Notes: generated by a model not told the origin, from the sequence alone. DNA of 64,000 bases from Nostoc sp. (GCA_036918135.1 JBALDB010000001.1:137070-201069), one strand, 5' to 3'. Positions 20,244 through 30,449 are shown, numbered from the stretch's first letter. Made by a program: numbers and translations.

Positions 20244-22997
20244 ATGACAAATATTCAAGACACAGCAGAAGGAAAAAGATTACTAGAAGACCGCAAGAAA
20301 CAGAAATATTGGAAGCGGTGGGGTTCTTATTTGAGCGAACGTCAATGGGGAACAGTACGAGAAGATTACAGCGAAGGTGGTGCTGCCTGGGATTACTTTT
20401 CTCACGACCAAGCTCGTTCTCGTACCTATCGTTGGGGTGAAGATGGAATTGCAGGGATTAGCGATAATCACCAAAGAATTTGTTTTGCGATCGCTCTTTG
20501 GAATGAAAAAGACCCGATTCTCAAAGAAAGGCTATTTGGTTTAACCAACAGTGAGGGCAATCACGGGGAAGATGTCAAAGAATATTATTTTTATCTTGAC
20601 AACACTCCCACGCATTCCTACATGAAATATCTTTACAAATATCCGCAACAAGCTTTCCCTTACAGCCAATTAATTGAGGAAAACAGAAATCGAAAATCAA
20701 CCAATCCCGGAGCTTTAGAATATGAACTAATAGATACAGGGGTTTTTGATGATAATCGTTACTTTGATGTTTTAGTAGAGTACGCTAAAAATTCTCCAGA
20801 AGATATTCACATCAAGATTAGTGTTACTAACCGAGGAGCGGAAACGGCCAAATTGCATCTTTTACCAACTATTTGGCTTCGTAATACTTGGTCTTGGGGG
20901 TATGATAATCAAACAAAAGAATTTAAATACCTACAAGCTATCAAAACTGACTCGAACCTAAGCGTCATAGAAGCTGTTTATAAAGATAATCAGGAAGTTA
21001 AAAATTTACGTAAAGGATGGCTTTATAGCGAGGCTGCTAACGAACTTCTGTTTACAGAAAACGAAACAAATAAGGAACGATTTGGATGGGGTAAGAATTC
21101 TGACCCTGTCAAAGATGGCATCAATGATTACATTATTTCTTTCGGAAATCAAAAAACAGTAAATTCTACTCAAAAAGGGACAAAAGCCGCAGCTCATTAC
21201 GACTTGACGATTAATCCTGGAGAAACCAAAATAGTTAGATTACGGTTGAGCGATACAAATTTAGATTCTCCCTTTGGTAATGATTTTGAAACTGTATTTC
21301 AAACTCGCCAACGCGAAGCCGATGAATTTTATCAAGCTGTTTGTCCTTCTTCTATTTCCGAGGATATGCGGAACGTGCAAAGACAAAGCTTTGCAGGAAT
21401 GTTGTGGAGCAAACAATATTATCACTATGTAGTTTACGATTGGCTCAATGGCGATCCTAATCCACCAAAGCCACCAGAAAAACGTAAAAGTGGCAGAAAC
21501 CGTGAGTGGGATCATTTATTTAATGAAGATATTATTTCCATGCCAGACGCTTGGGAATATCCTTGGTTTGCTGCTTGGGATTTAGCTTTTCATACCGTTA
21601 CCTTGGCACTAATCGATCCAGAATTTGCTAAAAAGCAATTGTATTTATTTACGCGCGAATGGTATATGCACCCCAACGGTCAAATACCAGCTTATGAGTG
21701 GGCATTTGGTGATGTAAATCCACCTGTTCATGCTTGGGCTGCATGGCGTGTTTACAACATAGAAAAGCAACTGTATGGCAATGCTGATAGAAACTTTTTG
21801 GAAGAAATCTTTCAAAAGTTATCTATTTATTTTACTTGGTGGGTAAATCGTAAAGACATTGAAGGCAACAACCTTTTTCAAGGAGGCTTTTTAGGATTAG
21901 ATAATATTGGAGTTCTGGATAGAAGTAACATTCAGATTCCTAACGCATTCATAGAGCAGTCTGACGGTACTAGTTGGATGGGAATGTACTGTTTAAATTT
22001 GCTCAAAATAGCCACAGAACTTGCCAAAAAAGATTCTACTAACGAATCTAAGAGCGAGTATGAAGATATGGCTTCTAAATATTTCCAGCATTTCCTACTC
22101 ATCGCTGATGCAATGAACAAAGTCGGTGGTGCAGACGTAGATATATGGGACGAACAAGACAAATTTTACTATGACATTCTCAAAGCTCCTAAAGGTGTAG
22201 TTGAAGGTGCAAACAATGATGGTGTATTGTTAATGAGAGTGCGGTCAATAGTCGGATTAATCCCGCTTTTTGCTGTAGAAACAATTGAACAAGAGATTGT
22301 AGATAAATATTTATCCTCAGATTTCAAAGACCGAGTTTATTGGTTTGTTAACAATCGTCCCCAACTTACTAAACACAATAATATTTCTCTGAGAACTGAT
22401 GGCAAAGGAGTTTATTTGTCGTTGGTAAATCAAGACCGACTCCAATCAATTTTGAACCGTCTGCTAAATCAAGCAGAATTTTTGAGCGATTATGGTGTCC
22501 GAGCTTTGTCAAAATATCATAAGGATCATCCTTATGTCTTACGGGCAAATGGACAGGAGTATCGGGTGGAATACGAACCAGCTGAATCAAAATACGGAAT
22601 GTTTGGTGGCAATTCTAATTGGCGCGGCCCTATTTGGTTTCCTGTGAATTATCTTTTGATTGAATCTTTGTCGAAGTTTCACGATTTTTGGGGAGATAAA
22701 ATCAAGGTTGATTGTCCTACCTCTTCAGGTGAAAACAAAAAGATGAATTTGCAAGAAGTGGCAAACGAATTAAGCCAAAGGCTGATCAAAATTTTCCTGA
22801 AAGACCCAACATCTGGTAAGCGACCTGTTTATGGTAGCTCAGAAAAGTTTCAAAACGACCCATATTGGCGTGATTTGATTTTGTTCTATGAATATTTTCA
22901 TGGCGATATTGGTGCGGGTATTGGTGCTAGCCATCAAACAGGTTGGACGGGTTTAGTCGCTGAATTGATTCAACAATCAGCAAAAAACCTTACATAA
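20244..22997 (+). CDS. GH63/MGH1-like glucosidase
   Basis: [50 protein letters not shown]. Confidence 0.9.
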   Translation: MTNIQDTAEGKRLLEDRKKQKYWKRWGSYLSERQWGTVREDYSEGGAAWDYFSHDQARSRTYRWGEDGIAGISDNHQRICFAIALWNEKDPILKERLFGLTNSEGNHGEDVKEYYFYLDNTPTHSYMKYLYKYPQQAFPYSQLIEENRNRKSTNPGALEYELIDTGVFDDNRYFDVLVEYAKNSPEDIHIKISVTNRGAETAKLHLLPTIWLRNTWSWGYDNQTKEFKYLQAIKTDSNLSVIEAVYKDNQEVKNLRKGWLYSEAANELLFTENETNKERFGWGKNSDPVKDGINDYIISFGNQKTVNSTQKGTKAAAHYDLTINPGETKIVRLRLSDTNLDSPFGNDFETVFQTRQREADEFYQAVCPSSISEDMRNVQRQSFAGMLWSKQYYHYVVYDWLNGDPNPPKPPEKRKSGRNREWDHLFNEDIISMPDAWEYPWFAAWDLAFHTVTLALIDPEFAKKQLYLFTREWYMHPNGQIPAYEWAFGDVNPPVHAWAAWRVYNIEKQLYGNADRNFLEEIFQKLSIYFTWWVNRKDIEGNNLFQGGFLGLDNIGVLDRSNIQIPNAFIEQSDGTSWMGMYCLNLLKIATELAKKDSTNESKSEYEDMASKYFQHFLLIADAMNKVGGADVDIWDEQDKFYYDILKAPKGVVEGANNDGVLLMRVRSIVGLIPLFAVETIEQEIVDKYLSSDFKDRVYWFVNNRPQLTKHNNISLRTDGKGVYLSLVNQDRLQSILNRLLNQAEFLSDYGVRALSKYHKDHPYVLRANGQEYRVEYEPAESKYGMFGGNSNWRGPIWFPVNYLLIESLSKFHDFWGDKIKVDCPTSSGENKKMNLQEVANELSQRLIKIFLKDPTSGKRPVYGSSEKFQNDPYWRDLILFYEYFHGDIGAGIGASHQTGWTGLVAELIQQSAKNLT

Positions 22998-23004
22998 AGT
23001 TCTG

Positions 23005-23125
23005 AGAGGATGTTTGAAAAGTATCCTATGAACACTAAAAACCTTAGAACGTAACTCCTCTGCCCCCCTTCCCTACCAGGGAATGGGGGTTTTAAGTAGA
23101 TATTTTGACTTTTGAAACATCCTCT
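23005..23125. mobile_element. MITE
   Basis: 18-bp terminal inverted repeats AGAGGATGTTTGAAAAGT/ACTTTTGAAACATCCTCT (1 mismatch); internal hairpin cccccttccct...agggaatggggg. Confidence 0.75.
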
Positions 23126-23249
23126 AAATATTAGGAACTTTTTTCTAAAAAATATCCTACTTTTCATAGTCAACGGTCAACAGTCATCAGTTAACAAAGA
23201 AGCAACTTCAAACGTGATAATTTATTTCTTGAAGTTTCCTTAGATGAAT

Positions 23250-24083
23250 CTACCGCCAACTTTTGCTGTTGGATTGTTTGCTAAATTTGCCTTTGGGAAA
23301 AAGTCGCTGTTCTAATTCTTCATAACTGCCTTCAAAATCACAATCACTGTAAAGCGGACATTTCTGACAATAAATGCCTTTGGTATAACGTTCTAAATTT
23401 TCCCGATTAAAAAAATACGGTTTATGGCTAAAGGTACTGGCGACCCACTGCCAGGACATATTATTACTAGCAGGATCGCCATCTAAAAGGTGTTCGAGAA
23501 ACCATTTAGCTCCTGCTTGCCAACGAACGCGCCGCCAATGCACAATGTAAGCGGCTATCCACATCCGTGCATGGTTATGTAAATAGCCAGTTTCTCGTAA
23601 ATCATGGCTAAAGCTGTCAATACAAACTCTACCTGTAGTTGCTAGTTTGATATCTTGCGGCAATTCGGGTGCATATTCAGCTAGAGTATAACCAGTTTTG
23701 TACTCTTCCTGGTCTTTCCAGATTCCATCCCCTAACTTTACATATAATCGCTGCCAATAATCGCGCCAACCCAACTCATTGATTAATTTAGTCGCATCGT
23801 TTTGCTGCTGTACTCGCTCAAGGACAAAATCTCGAATTTCTCGCAAACTCAAAACGCCATAGCGAATGTAAGGCGAAAGTCGGGTGACTGCACCTGCGAA
23901 GAAATTACGTGTTTGGGCGTAGCTTACTGGGTCAATTTTTTGTAGCGCTTTTTGTGCTGCTTTGCGTCCTCCTACAGTTTCGCTAATGTGGTCATCCCGT
24001 TCGGTTGCATTTGGGAATTGTTCGCGGAGGTAAGCTACCAACTCATCGCGGTTGGTAAATTCGCGTTGCATATCTTTAGACAT
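23250..24083 (-). CDS. Short photolyase/cryptochrome FAD-binding-domain protein
   Basis: VTRLSPYIRYG, ELGWRDYW, GYLHNHARMW, LLDGDPASNNMSWQWVAS; no N-terminal antenna domain. Confidence 0.85.
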   Translation of the reverse strand: MSKDMQREFTNRDELVAYLREQFPNATERDDHISETVGGRKAAQKALQKIDPVSYAQTRNFFAGAVTRLSPYIRYGVLSLREIRDFVLERVQQQNDATKLINELGWRDYWQRLYVKLGDGIWKDQEEYKTGYTLAEYAPELPQDIKLATTGRVCIDSFSHDLRETGYLHNHARMWIAAYIVHWRRVRWQAGAKWFLEHLLDGDPASNNMSWQWVASTFSHKPYFFNRENLERYTKGIYCQKCPLYSDCDFEGSYEELEQRLFPKGKFSKQSNSKSWR

Positions 24084-24322
24084 GTGAACTTTGAAGGGTG
24101 GGAATGGACGAACAAAAATACTAGTAGGCTAAATTATTATTATGGCGGATCGATACGAGTAATTGTTCTCAACCTGATGAGAGAACTTTTTTCGTAGTTA
24201 AAGATAAATGAGTGCGTAAATATAGTTTAACCAGAGATTACTGATTGCCCTAATTTTTACTGGTGACGTAAATATCCAGATGAAGCTAGACTCTCAAAAG
24301 AAACCGTGTTGCAAAAAACACT

Positions 24323-26110
24323 ATGACCCTCTGCATAAATCCTAAATGCCCAAGGCCACAAAATTCTCAAAACATACTGTTTTGTCAAGCATGTGGCTCA
24401 GAATTGCTCTTGGAAGGACGGTATCGAGTTACTCACCAGTTAGGGACTGGTGGTTTTGCCAAGACATTTGAAGTCAACAACGGTAACACCCTCAAAGTCT
24501 TAAAAGTTCTCATGCTAGATGATACCAAAGCAGTATCGTTGTTTCAGCAAGAGGCACAAGTTTTAAGCCATTTGAATCATCCAGGAATTCCAAAGGGAGA
24601 TGAATACTTTACCTTCTCCCCTAAAAATAGCCAAACGCCACTACATTGTTTGGTAATGGAGAAAATAGAAGGACTGGATTTGCACCAATATATGGAACAA
24701 CGGGGTAATCGTCCCATTGATGAAAAGTTAGCACTTTTATGGCTAACTCAACTGGCAAATATTTTGCATGAAGTCCATCAGCAAAATTTTTTCCATCGAG
24801 ATATCAAGCCACCAAATATTATGCTCAAACCAGATGGAAATCTTACTTTGATTGACTTTGGCACAGCAAGAGAAGTTACACAAACCTATTATCAAAAAGT
24901 AGCAGGACAGAATATAACAGGGATTATTTCACCAGGCTATACACCACTAGAACAAGCCAATGGTAAAGCCATACCACAATCAGACTTCTTCGCCCTTGGT
25001 CGCACATTTGTTTATTTACTTACTGGTAAATCTCCAGAGCAATTTTCTGAAGATCCACGAACTGGTAAGTTAATGTGGCGAGACAGTGCCTTACAAATAT
25101 CTAAGCAGCTAGCTGGTTTGATTGATTATCTGATGGAAACATTTCCTGGCAAGCGTCCTCAAAATGCTCAAATGATTTTGCTATGTCTATCAGAAATTAA
25201 TTCAAATTTACAGTCATATTCTCCCTCTTTTTCAGCATCACAACTACCGCCTACAGAAATAGAAAAGTCTAAACAAACTAGGCAAATTCAAACTTCGGCT
25301 AGTACTCAAATTCAATCTTCAAAAATTGAAGCCAATATATTCTCTGGTAAGACTGCCCAATTCACAGGTGGAGTAATTGCATTCACTATACTTTTCTTAC
25401 TTAAATTCAGTAGTCGAGAGATTTATAAGTTATTTGATTCTCATCGGAGTCAGCCAGTTGTGACTTCAACACCAACTCAGCTACAAGCAAGTAATTCAGA
25501 GGAATCGGCAAATAGTTCTGAGCCACTCAATACTAATTCAACAAGTCAAGCACCTGCTATCTCAAGTGAAAATAGTTCTCCAGACATTCCAGATAGATGG
25601 AAAAAGTTTGAGGGAGGAGGTGCAGAATTATGGTTACCAGAAAGCTATGAAGGTGGTAACACCAGCAAAAATCTAGATACATTAATTAGACGACTAAAAA
25701 GCTTTGGTTCAGAATGGGAGCAGGTAGCTCAACAAATTAAACAAAATCCTTCAGCAGTTTCTATTTGGGCTTTCGACTCAATTAAGGGTGATTCAGGTTT
25801 CCTAACTAATGTAATTGTTACAAATGAACAAGTAACTTCTACAATTAATTTAGAAACTTACTTGCAAGAGGTCAGCAAACAGTTTCCTGCTCAGATCCGA
25901 ATAGTTGATATAAAAACAGGATTAGCTGGAGGTTATCAGGTAGGACGGATAATCACAGAAACATCACTAGGTAGAAGTGGAAAACAACTATATTATGTCA
26001 TCAAAGATGGCAGAACTATTTGGAGTGTGGTTTTTTCTACTGGGATAGATGAATTTGAACAACGGTTACCAATCTTTGAAGCAAGTCTTCGTACCTTTTC
26101 AGTTAAGTAG
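24323..26110 (+). CDS. Ser/Thr protein kinase (4-Cys prefix, TM, PsbP/DcrB-like C-terminal domain)
   Basis: CINPKC...CQAC, GTGGFA, HRDIKPPN, DFG; TM near aa 345-362; C-terminal beta-rich domain. Confidence 0.9.
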   Translation: MTLCINPKCPRPQNSQNILFCQACGSELLLEGRYRVTHQLGTGGFAKTFEVNNGNTLKVLKVLMLDDTKAVSLFQQEAQVLSHLNHPGIPKGDEYFTFSPKNSQTPLHCLVMEKIEGLDLHQYMEQRGNRPIDEKLALLWLTQLANILHEVHQQNFFHRDIKPPNIMLKPDGNLTLIDFGTAREVTQTYYQKVAGQNITGIISPGYTPLEQANGKAIPQSDFFALGRTFVYLLTGKSPEQFSEDPRTGKLMWRDSALQISKQLAGLIDYLMETFPGKRPQNAQMILLCLSEINSNLQSYSPSFSASQLPPTEIEKSKQTRQIQTSASTQIQSSKIEANIFSGKTAQFTGGVIAFTILFLLKFSSREIYKLFDSHRSQPVVTSTPTQLQASNSEESANSSEPLNTNSTSQAPAISSENSSPDIPDRWKKFEGGGAELWLPESYEGGNTSKNLDTLIRRLKSFGSEWEQVAQQIKQNPSAVSIWAFDSIKGDSGFLTNVIVTNEQVTSTINLETYLQEVSKQFPAQIRIVDIKTGLAGGYQVGRIITETSLGRSGKQLYYVIKDGRTIWSVVFSTGIDEFEQRLPIFEASLRTFSVK

Positions 26111-26204
26111 TAGCATATAAGTAAAAATTGCTTCTAATTGTTTGGGTTTTGCTGTTGTTCAAGCAAAACTAATATTGTTTGTAATTGGTAATTAGATGCG
26201 ATCG

Positions 26205-26259
26205 CCTAACCTATGTACAATTATAAAGCGATATCTATAACGAGCTAAGCCTACCCAAT
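26205..26259 (+). repeat. Direct repeat copy 1 (pairs with 26716-26770)
   Basis: 43/55 identical by manual alignment; core CTATGTACAATT(A/C)TAAAGCGAT. Confidence 0.75.
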
Positions 26260-26277
26260 CTTACTAATTCCTTGGTG

Positions 26278-26502
26278 TTAAAATAGGTTATCTTCTGGCT
26301 TGGAAACGTTGCCAAACTTCTCCAGAAATTCTGGATAATCTCTCAAGTTATCTAAAGACTGTAATGGTGGCATTTCAATCCAGTTTGCCTCTGTGTGTAA
26401 CTTGTCCACATAGGTATAGAATGCTTCTAAATCATCTCGATTTGCCAAAACATAAGCATGTAGGTCTTTTCTACTCATTGCCTGAAAGTTAGGCTTACTC
26501 AT
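26278..26502 (-). CDS. DUF6887-like small protein
   Basis: MSKPNFQAMSRKDLHAYVLANRDDLEAF; its ATG overlaps the upstream TGA (ATGA). Confidence 0.7.
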   Translation of the reverse strand: MSKPNFQAMSRKDLHAYVLANRDDLEAFYTYVDKLHTEANWIEMPPLQSLDNLRDYPEFLEKFGNVSKPEDNLF

Positions 26503-26678
26503 ACTACATACCTCCATTTGCCATTGGGATATATTTCTATAATATTTTTCTCACCTGCTAAGAGAAATACATTTCCTGTGCGTTCATCTATCCGAATCAG
26601 GTTTATGGACAAATACATCTTCGTCAACCAATAGCACAATATAAAGCATTGTGTTCTTTGTTCAAGTGTAGGAATAAT
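26499..26678 (-). CDS. DUF6888-like small protein (not in ORF track)
   Basis: IIPTLEQRTQCFILCYWLTKMYLSINLIRIDERTGNVFLLAGEKNIIEIYPNGKWRYVV*; coupled to the next gene; start uncertain (ATT). Confidence 0.6.
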   Translation of the reverse strand: MIPTLEQRTQCFILCYWLTKMYLSINLIRIDERTGNVFLLAGEKNIIEIYPNGKWRYVV

Positions 26679-26715
26679 GTATAAGCCTCAGTATCGCTCA
26701 TAAGAAAAAGCATAG

Positions 26716-26770
26716 CTTAATCTATGTACAATTCTAAAGCGATGTCTAGGATGGGCAACGCTTACGCAAT
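26716..26770 (+). repeat. Direct repeat copy 2 (pairs with 26205-26259)
   Basis: See copy 1; lies immediately upstream of bcp. Confidence 0.75.
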
Positions 26771-26785
26771 TCTCCTAGTGCAATC

Positions 26786-27265
26786 ATGAGTACCATTCCC
26801 CAAGTCGGCCAACCAGCATCAGATTTCTCCACACCTGACCAAAATGACAATCTAACAACTCTCTCTGACTTCAGTGGTAAATGGGTTGTACTTTATTTCT
26901 ACCCCAAAGATGACACCCCTGGCTGTACCACCGAAGCAAAAGATTTCACACAATTGTATCAAGACTTCAGCGCACTCGAAGCTAAAATCTTAGGCGTGAG
27001 TCCAGATTCTGGTAAATCCCATTGTAAATTTATCAACAAACATAACTTGTCAATTACTCTCCTAACCGACCCCGAACATATTTTGACAGAAGCTTACGGT
27101 GCTTGGGGCTTAAAGAAGTTTATGGGCAAAGAATATATGGGTGTGGTTCGCTCAACTTTTTTAATTTCACCTGATAGAATTATTGCCTATGCTTGGCCAA
27201 ATGTGAAAACTAAAAGTCATGCTCAAGCGGTTTTAACTAAACTACAGGAATTAGTGGGCAAATAA
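26786..27265 (+). CDS. bcp: Peroxiredoxin Q / BCP
   Basis: YFYPKDDTPGCTTEA, GVSPD, RSTFLI. Confidence 0.93.
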   Translation: MSTIPQVGQPASDFSTPDQNDNLTTLSDFSGKWVVLYFYPKDDTPGCTTEAKDFTQLYQDFSALEAKILGVSPDSGKSHCKFINKHNLSITLLTDPEHILTEAYGAWGLKKFMGKEYMGVVRSTFLISPDRIIAYAWPNVKTKSHAQAVLTKLQELVGK

Positions 27266-27396
27266 AGTATTATTAGTTATTTGTTCAAAGTTCAATTGTA
27301 AATACAAATAACTAAAGTTAATTATCTTTGTTCTTACTATCTAGGTTAATACTGGAACAGTGTCATAATAGTTATACTAAATCTTTTAAATGAATT

Positions 27397-28023
27397 ATGG
27401 TTCAATTTATCCAAGCACAAAATATCGGGCTTGCTTATTTGGAAGAGAGATTTAGTCTACAGCTAGCTGAAGATGAGGCATTTTTTACAGAATGGTTTGA
27501 AAATTTACCAGAAATTACAGATTTAGAAAAGCAGGATTTAGAGAAAATAAAATTTCATTTTCTCCGTTTAGTCAAGTATCCTCCTTTGTCAGAGGAAACA
27601 GTTAAACTAGTAGTTTTATCTCCTTTACTTAATTTAGCAGGATTTTATGATGAGCCTTTCTATATTAGAGGTGAACAATCAATAGAAATTTCTGCGGAGG
27701 ATGAAGGAGAAATTGTTAGAGGTAGAATTGATATTTTAGTTATTCAAGAACAATTCTGGTTATTAATAATTGAATCTAAAAGGTCTAGTTTTTCTCTTTT
27801 AGAAGCTGTAACTCAAGCACTTGTTTATATGCTGGCTAATCCTAATGAAGATAAACCTACTTTTGGATTAGTAACAAATGGTAGTAATTTTATTTTTGTA
27901 AAACTGACTAAACAAAATATACCAAAGTATGCCTTGTCTGATGAATTAACACTGTTGAAGAGAAAAAATGAATTGTATCAGGTTCTAAGTATATTAAAAA
28001 ATTTAAGTAAAATTTTGAGTTAA
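27397..28023 (+). CDS. HsdR_N-like PD-(D/E)XK restriction-endonuclease-like protein
   Basis: SEETVK, RGRIDILV, IIESK, QALVYM, GLVTNG; AT-rich. Confidence 0.75.
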   Translation: MVQFIQAQNIGLAYLEERFSLQLAEDEAFFTEWFENLPEITDLEKQDLEKIKFHFLRLVKYPPLSEETVKLVVLSPLLNLAGFYDEPFYIRGEQSIEISAEDEGEIVRGRIDILVIQEQFWLLIIESKRSSFSLLEAVTQALVYMLANPNEDKPTFGLVTNGSNFIFVKLTKQNIPKYALSDELTLLKRKNELYQVLSILKNLSKILS

Positions 28024-28026
28024 TTT

Positions 28027-29202
28027 ATGTCTATTCGTCCTATCTACCTCGATTGTCACGCTACTACACCTGTAGATGAACGGGTAGTAGCAGCGATGCT
28101 CCCCTACTTCACAGAACACTTTGGTAACCCAGCCAGTATTAGTCATGTTTACGGTTGGGAAGCAGAAGCTGCTGTCAAACAAACGCGAGAAATCTTAGCA
28201 GCAGCAATTAATGCCACTCCAGAAGAAATTGTTTTCACCAGTGGTGCAACAGAAGCGAATAATTTAGCTATTAAAGGTGTTGCCGAAGCTTATTTTAAAA
28301 AAGGTCAGCATATTATTACTGTTGCGACTGAGCATAGTGCTGTTCTTGACCCTTGTAATTATCTAAAAACTCTCGGTTTTGAAATTACTATTCTCCCGGT
28401 TCAAAAAGATGGATTAATTGATTTAATCGAGTTAGAAAAAGCTTTCCGTTCAGAGACGATTTTGGTATCAGTGATGGCTGCAAATAACGAAATTGGTGTG
28501 TTGCAACCATTAGCAGAAATTGGGGAAATGTGCCGCCAGCGCCAAATCATTTTTCACACCGACGCCGCCCAAGCTATTGGTAAAATTCCCTTGGATGTAC
28601 AAGCGATGAAAATTGATTTGATGTCGCTCACCGCACATAAAGTATATGGGCCTAAGGGTATCGGGGCGCTATATGTCCGCAGGCGCAATCCTAGAGTACA
28701 ACTGGCTCCACAACAGCACGGTGGCGGACATGAGCGGGGAATGCGTTCTGGTACATTGTATACACCGCAAATTGTCGGCTTTGGCAAAGCTGTAGAAATC
28801 GCTTTGGCAGAACAAGCTACAGAAACTCAACGCCTCACCAAACTCACACAAAATTTGTGGGAACAACTTTCGCAGCTTAAAGGAATTCATCTCAACGGAC
28901 ATCCACAAGCGCGATTGGCGGGAAACTTAAATATCAGCGTAGAGGAGGTAGATGGAGCCGCACTTTTATTAGGATTGCAGCCAGTGATGGCTGTTTCTTC
29001 TGGTTCTGCTTGCTCCTCAGCAACCACCGCACCCTCCCATGTTCTCACAGCACTAGGACATTCCCAAAAGCTTGCTTATGCATCGGTACGGTTTGGTATT
29101 GGGAGATTTAATACACAAGAGGAAATTGATATTGTAGCGAAACATGCGATCGCCACGATTCAAAGTTTGCGTAATTCGGCTTTTGTAAGGGTGGGAAGTT
29201 AG
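28027..29202 (+). CDS. iscS: Cysteine desulfurase
   Basis: YLDCHATTP, FTSGATE, AHKVYGPKG, SSGSAC. Confidence 0.92.
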   Translation: MSIRPIYLDCHATTPVDERVVAAMLPYFTEHFGNPASISHVYGWEAEAAVKQTREILAAAINATPEEIVFTSGATEANNLAIKGVAEAYFKKGQHIITVATEHSAVLDPCNYLKTLGFEITILPVQKDGLIDLIELEKAFRSETILVSVMAANNEIGVLQPLAEIGEMCRQRQIIFHTDAAQAIGKIPLDVQAMKIDLMSLTAHKVYGPKGIGALYVRRRNPRVQLAPQQHGGGHERGMRSGTLYTPQIVGFGKAVEIALAEQATETQRLTKLTQNLWEQLSQLKGIHLNGHPQARLAGNLNISVEEVDGAALLLGLQPVMAVSSGSACSSATTAPSHVLTALGHSQKLAYASVRFGIGRFNTQEEIDIVAKHAIATIQSLRNSAFVRVGS

Positions 29203-29204
29203 GA

Positions 29205-29232
29205 GTAGAGACGCGATTAATCGCCTCTGTAC
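29205..29232. repeat. REP-like palindrome between convergent genes
   Basis: GTAGAGACGCGATTAATCGCCTCTGTAC. Confidence 0.65.
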
Positions 29233-29271
29233 AAGAGTGAGGAGTTATTCTCCTTGTCTCCCCAATCCCTT

Positions 29272-30228
29272 CTACGGATTCTCGCGGATGAAAGTCTCAA
29301 TTTCATCTAGTTCCTGCTGATTGAGGCGAAATTCTCCAGCACCGATGATTCCTTCCACCTGCTTGGGATTGCGTCCGCCAACGATCGCCCCCGTTAGTGC
29401 TGGATTATTTAAAGTCCAAGCGATCGCCACTTCACCAGGCGAACGACCGTGTTTTTCACCAATGCGTTGCAACACTTCTACTAGTTTTAGATTACGAGAT
29501 AGGCGTGGCTCCTGAAATTCCTTATTATTCTTGCGCCAATCATCATCTGGAAAATCGGCAACCCGCTCAGGTGTCATCTTTCCTGTGAGCAAGCCAGATT
29601 GCATCGGTGAATAAACAATCACACCAATGTTGTTTTCCTTGCAGAAAGGTAAAATCTCGTTTTCAACATCAGGTTTGACTAGTGAGTAAGGTGGTTGCAA
29701 TGAAGTAACTGGCGCAATCTTCTGGGCACGTTGCAACTGTTGGACATTGAAGTTTGAAACCCCAATATAACGAACTTTACCTTCATCCTTTAGCTTGGCC
29801 AGAGTTGTCCACCCTTCTTCAATTTCTGAATCTGGGTTTGGCCAGTGGATTTGGTAAAGGTCAATGCTTTCAATATTCAGTCGGCGTAGACTAGCTTCAA
29901 CCTCCTGCCGCAGAGAATCCGCCTTGAGAGTGTTACCAATTTTGCCCTTTTCATCCCAGACTAACGAGCATTTAGTGAAAATATAGGGGCGATCGGATCG
30001 ACCTTTGAGCGCCTTGGCAACAATCTCCTCCGAATGTCCCAGGCCATAGACAGCTGCGGTGTCAATCCAATTCATACCGAGGTCGAGAGCGTGATTGATG
30101 GCTGCGATCGATTCCTGGTCATCCTGCTCTCCCCAACCAAAAGCCCATCCACCTCCACCGATTGCCCAAGCACCAAAGCCGATTGGGGTAATCTGAAGCT
30201 CCGAATTCCCAAGCTGTTTGGTTTGCAT
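29272..30228 (-). CDS. Aldo/keto reductase
   Basis: DTAAVYG, IDLYQIHWP, GKVRYIGVSNF, YSPMQSG. Confidence 0.92.
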   Translation of the reverse strand: MQTKQLGNSELQITPIGFGAWAIGGGGWAFGWGEQDDQESIAAINHALDLGMNWIDTAAVYGLGHSEEIVAKALKGRSDRPYIFTKCSLVWDEKGKIGNTLKADSLRQEVEASLRRLNIESIDLYQIHWPNPDSEIEEGWTTLAKLKDEGKVRYIGVSNFNVQQLQRAQKIAPVTSLQPPYSLVKPDVENEILPFCKENNIGVIVYSPMQSGLLTGKMTPERVADFPDDDWRKNNKEFQEPRLSRNLKLVEVLQRIGEKHGRSPGEVAIAWTLNNPALTGAIVGGRNPKQVEGIIGAGEFRLNQQELDEIETFIRENP

Positions 30229-30449
30229 ATCCACTTTCTCCAAGAATTTTTGAATCAATTAGTAGTGTAGGCTGCAAATATTGTTTCAACCGCTATCTCA
30301 AGTGTGAATGACTACTAAAGTAAATACCACAGCTAATCACACTTGTGTCGGATATACTAAATCTTAAATATTGTGCTGATAACATACTACATGTACACTA
30401 GAATGACTCGAAGATAGTAGCAGTTGTCAGTTAAACCCACTGAAATAAT

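Noticed and set aside
24210..24280. Shared (C/A/G)GTAAATA motif upstream of both 4-Cys kinases (also ~54290, 54415)
   Set aside because: Short AT-rich motif that could easily occur by chance
27397..28023. Type I restriction-modification system
   Set aside because: No hsdM/hsdS and no helicase domains
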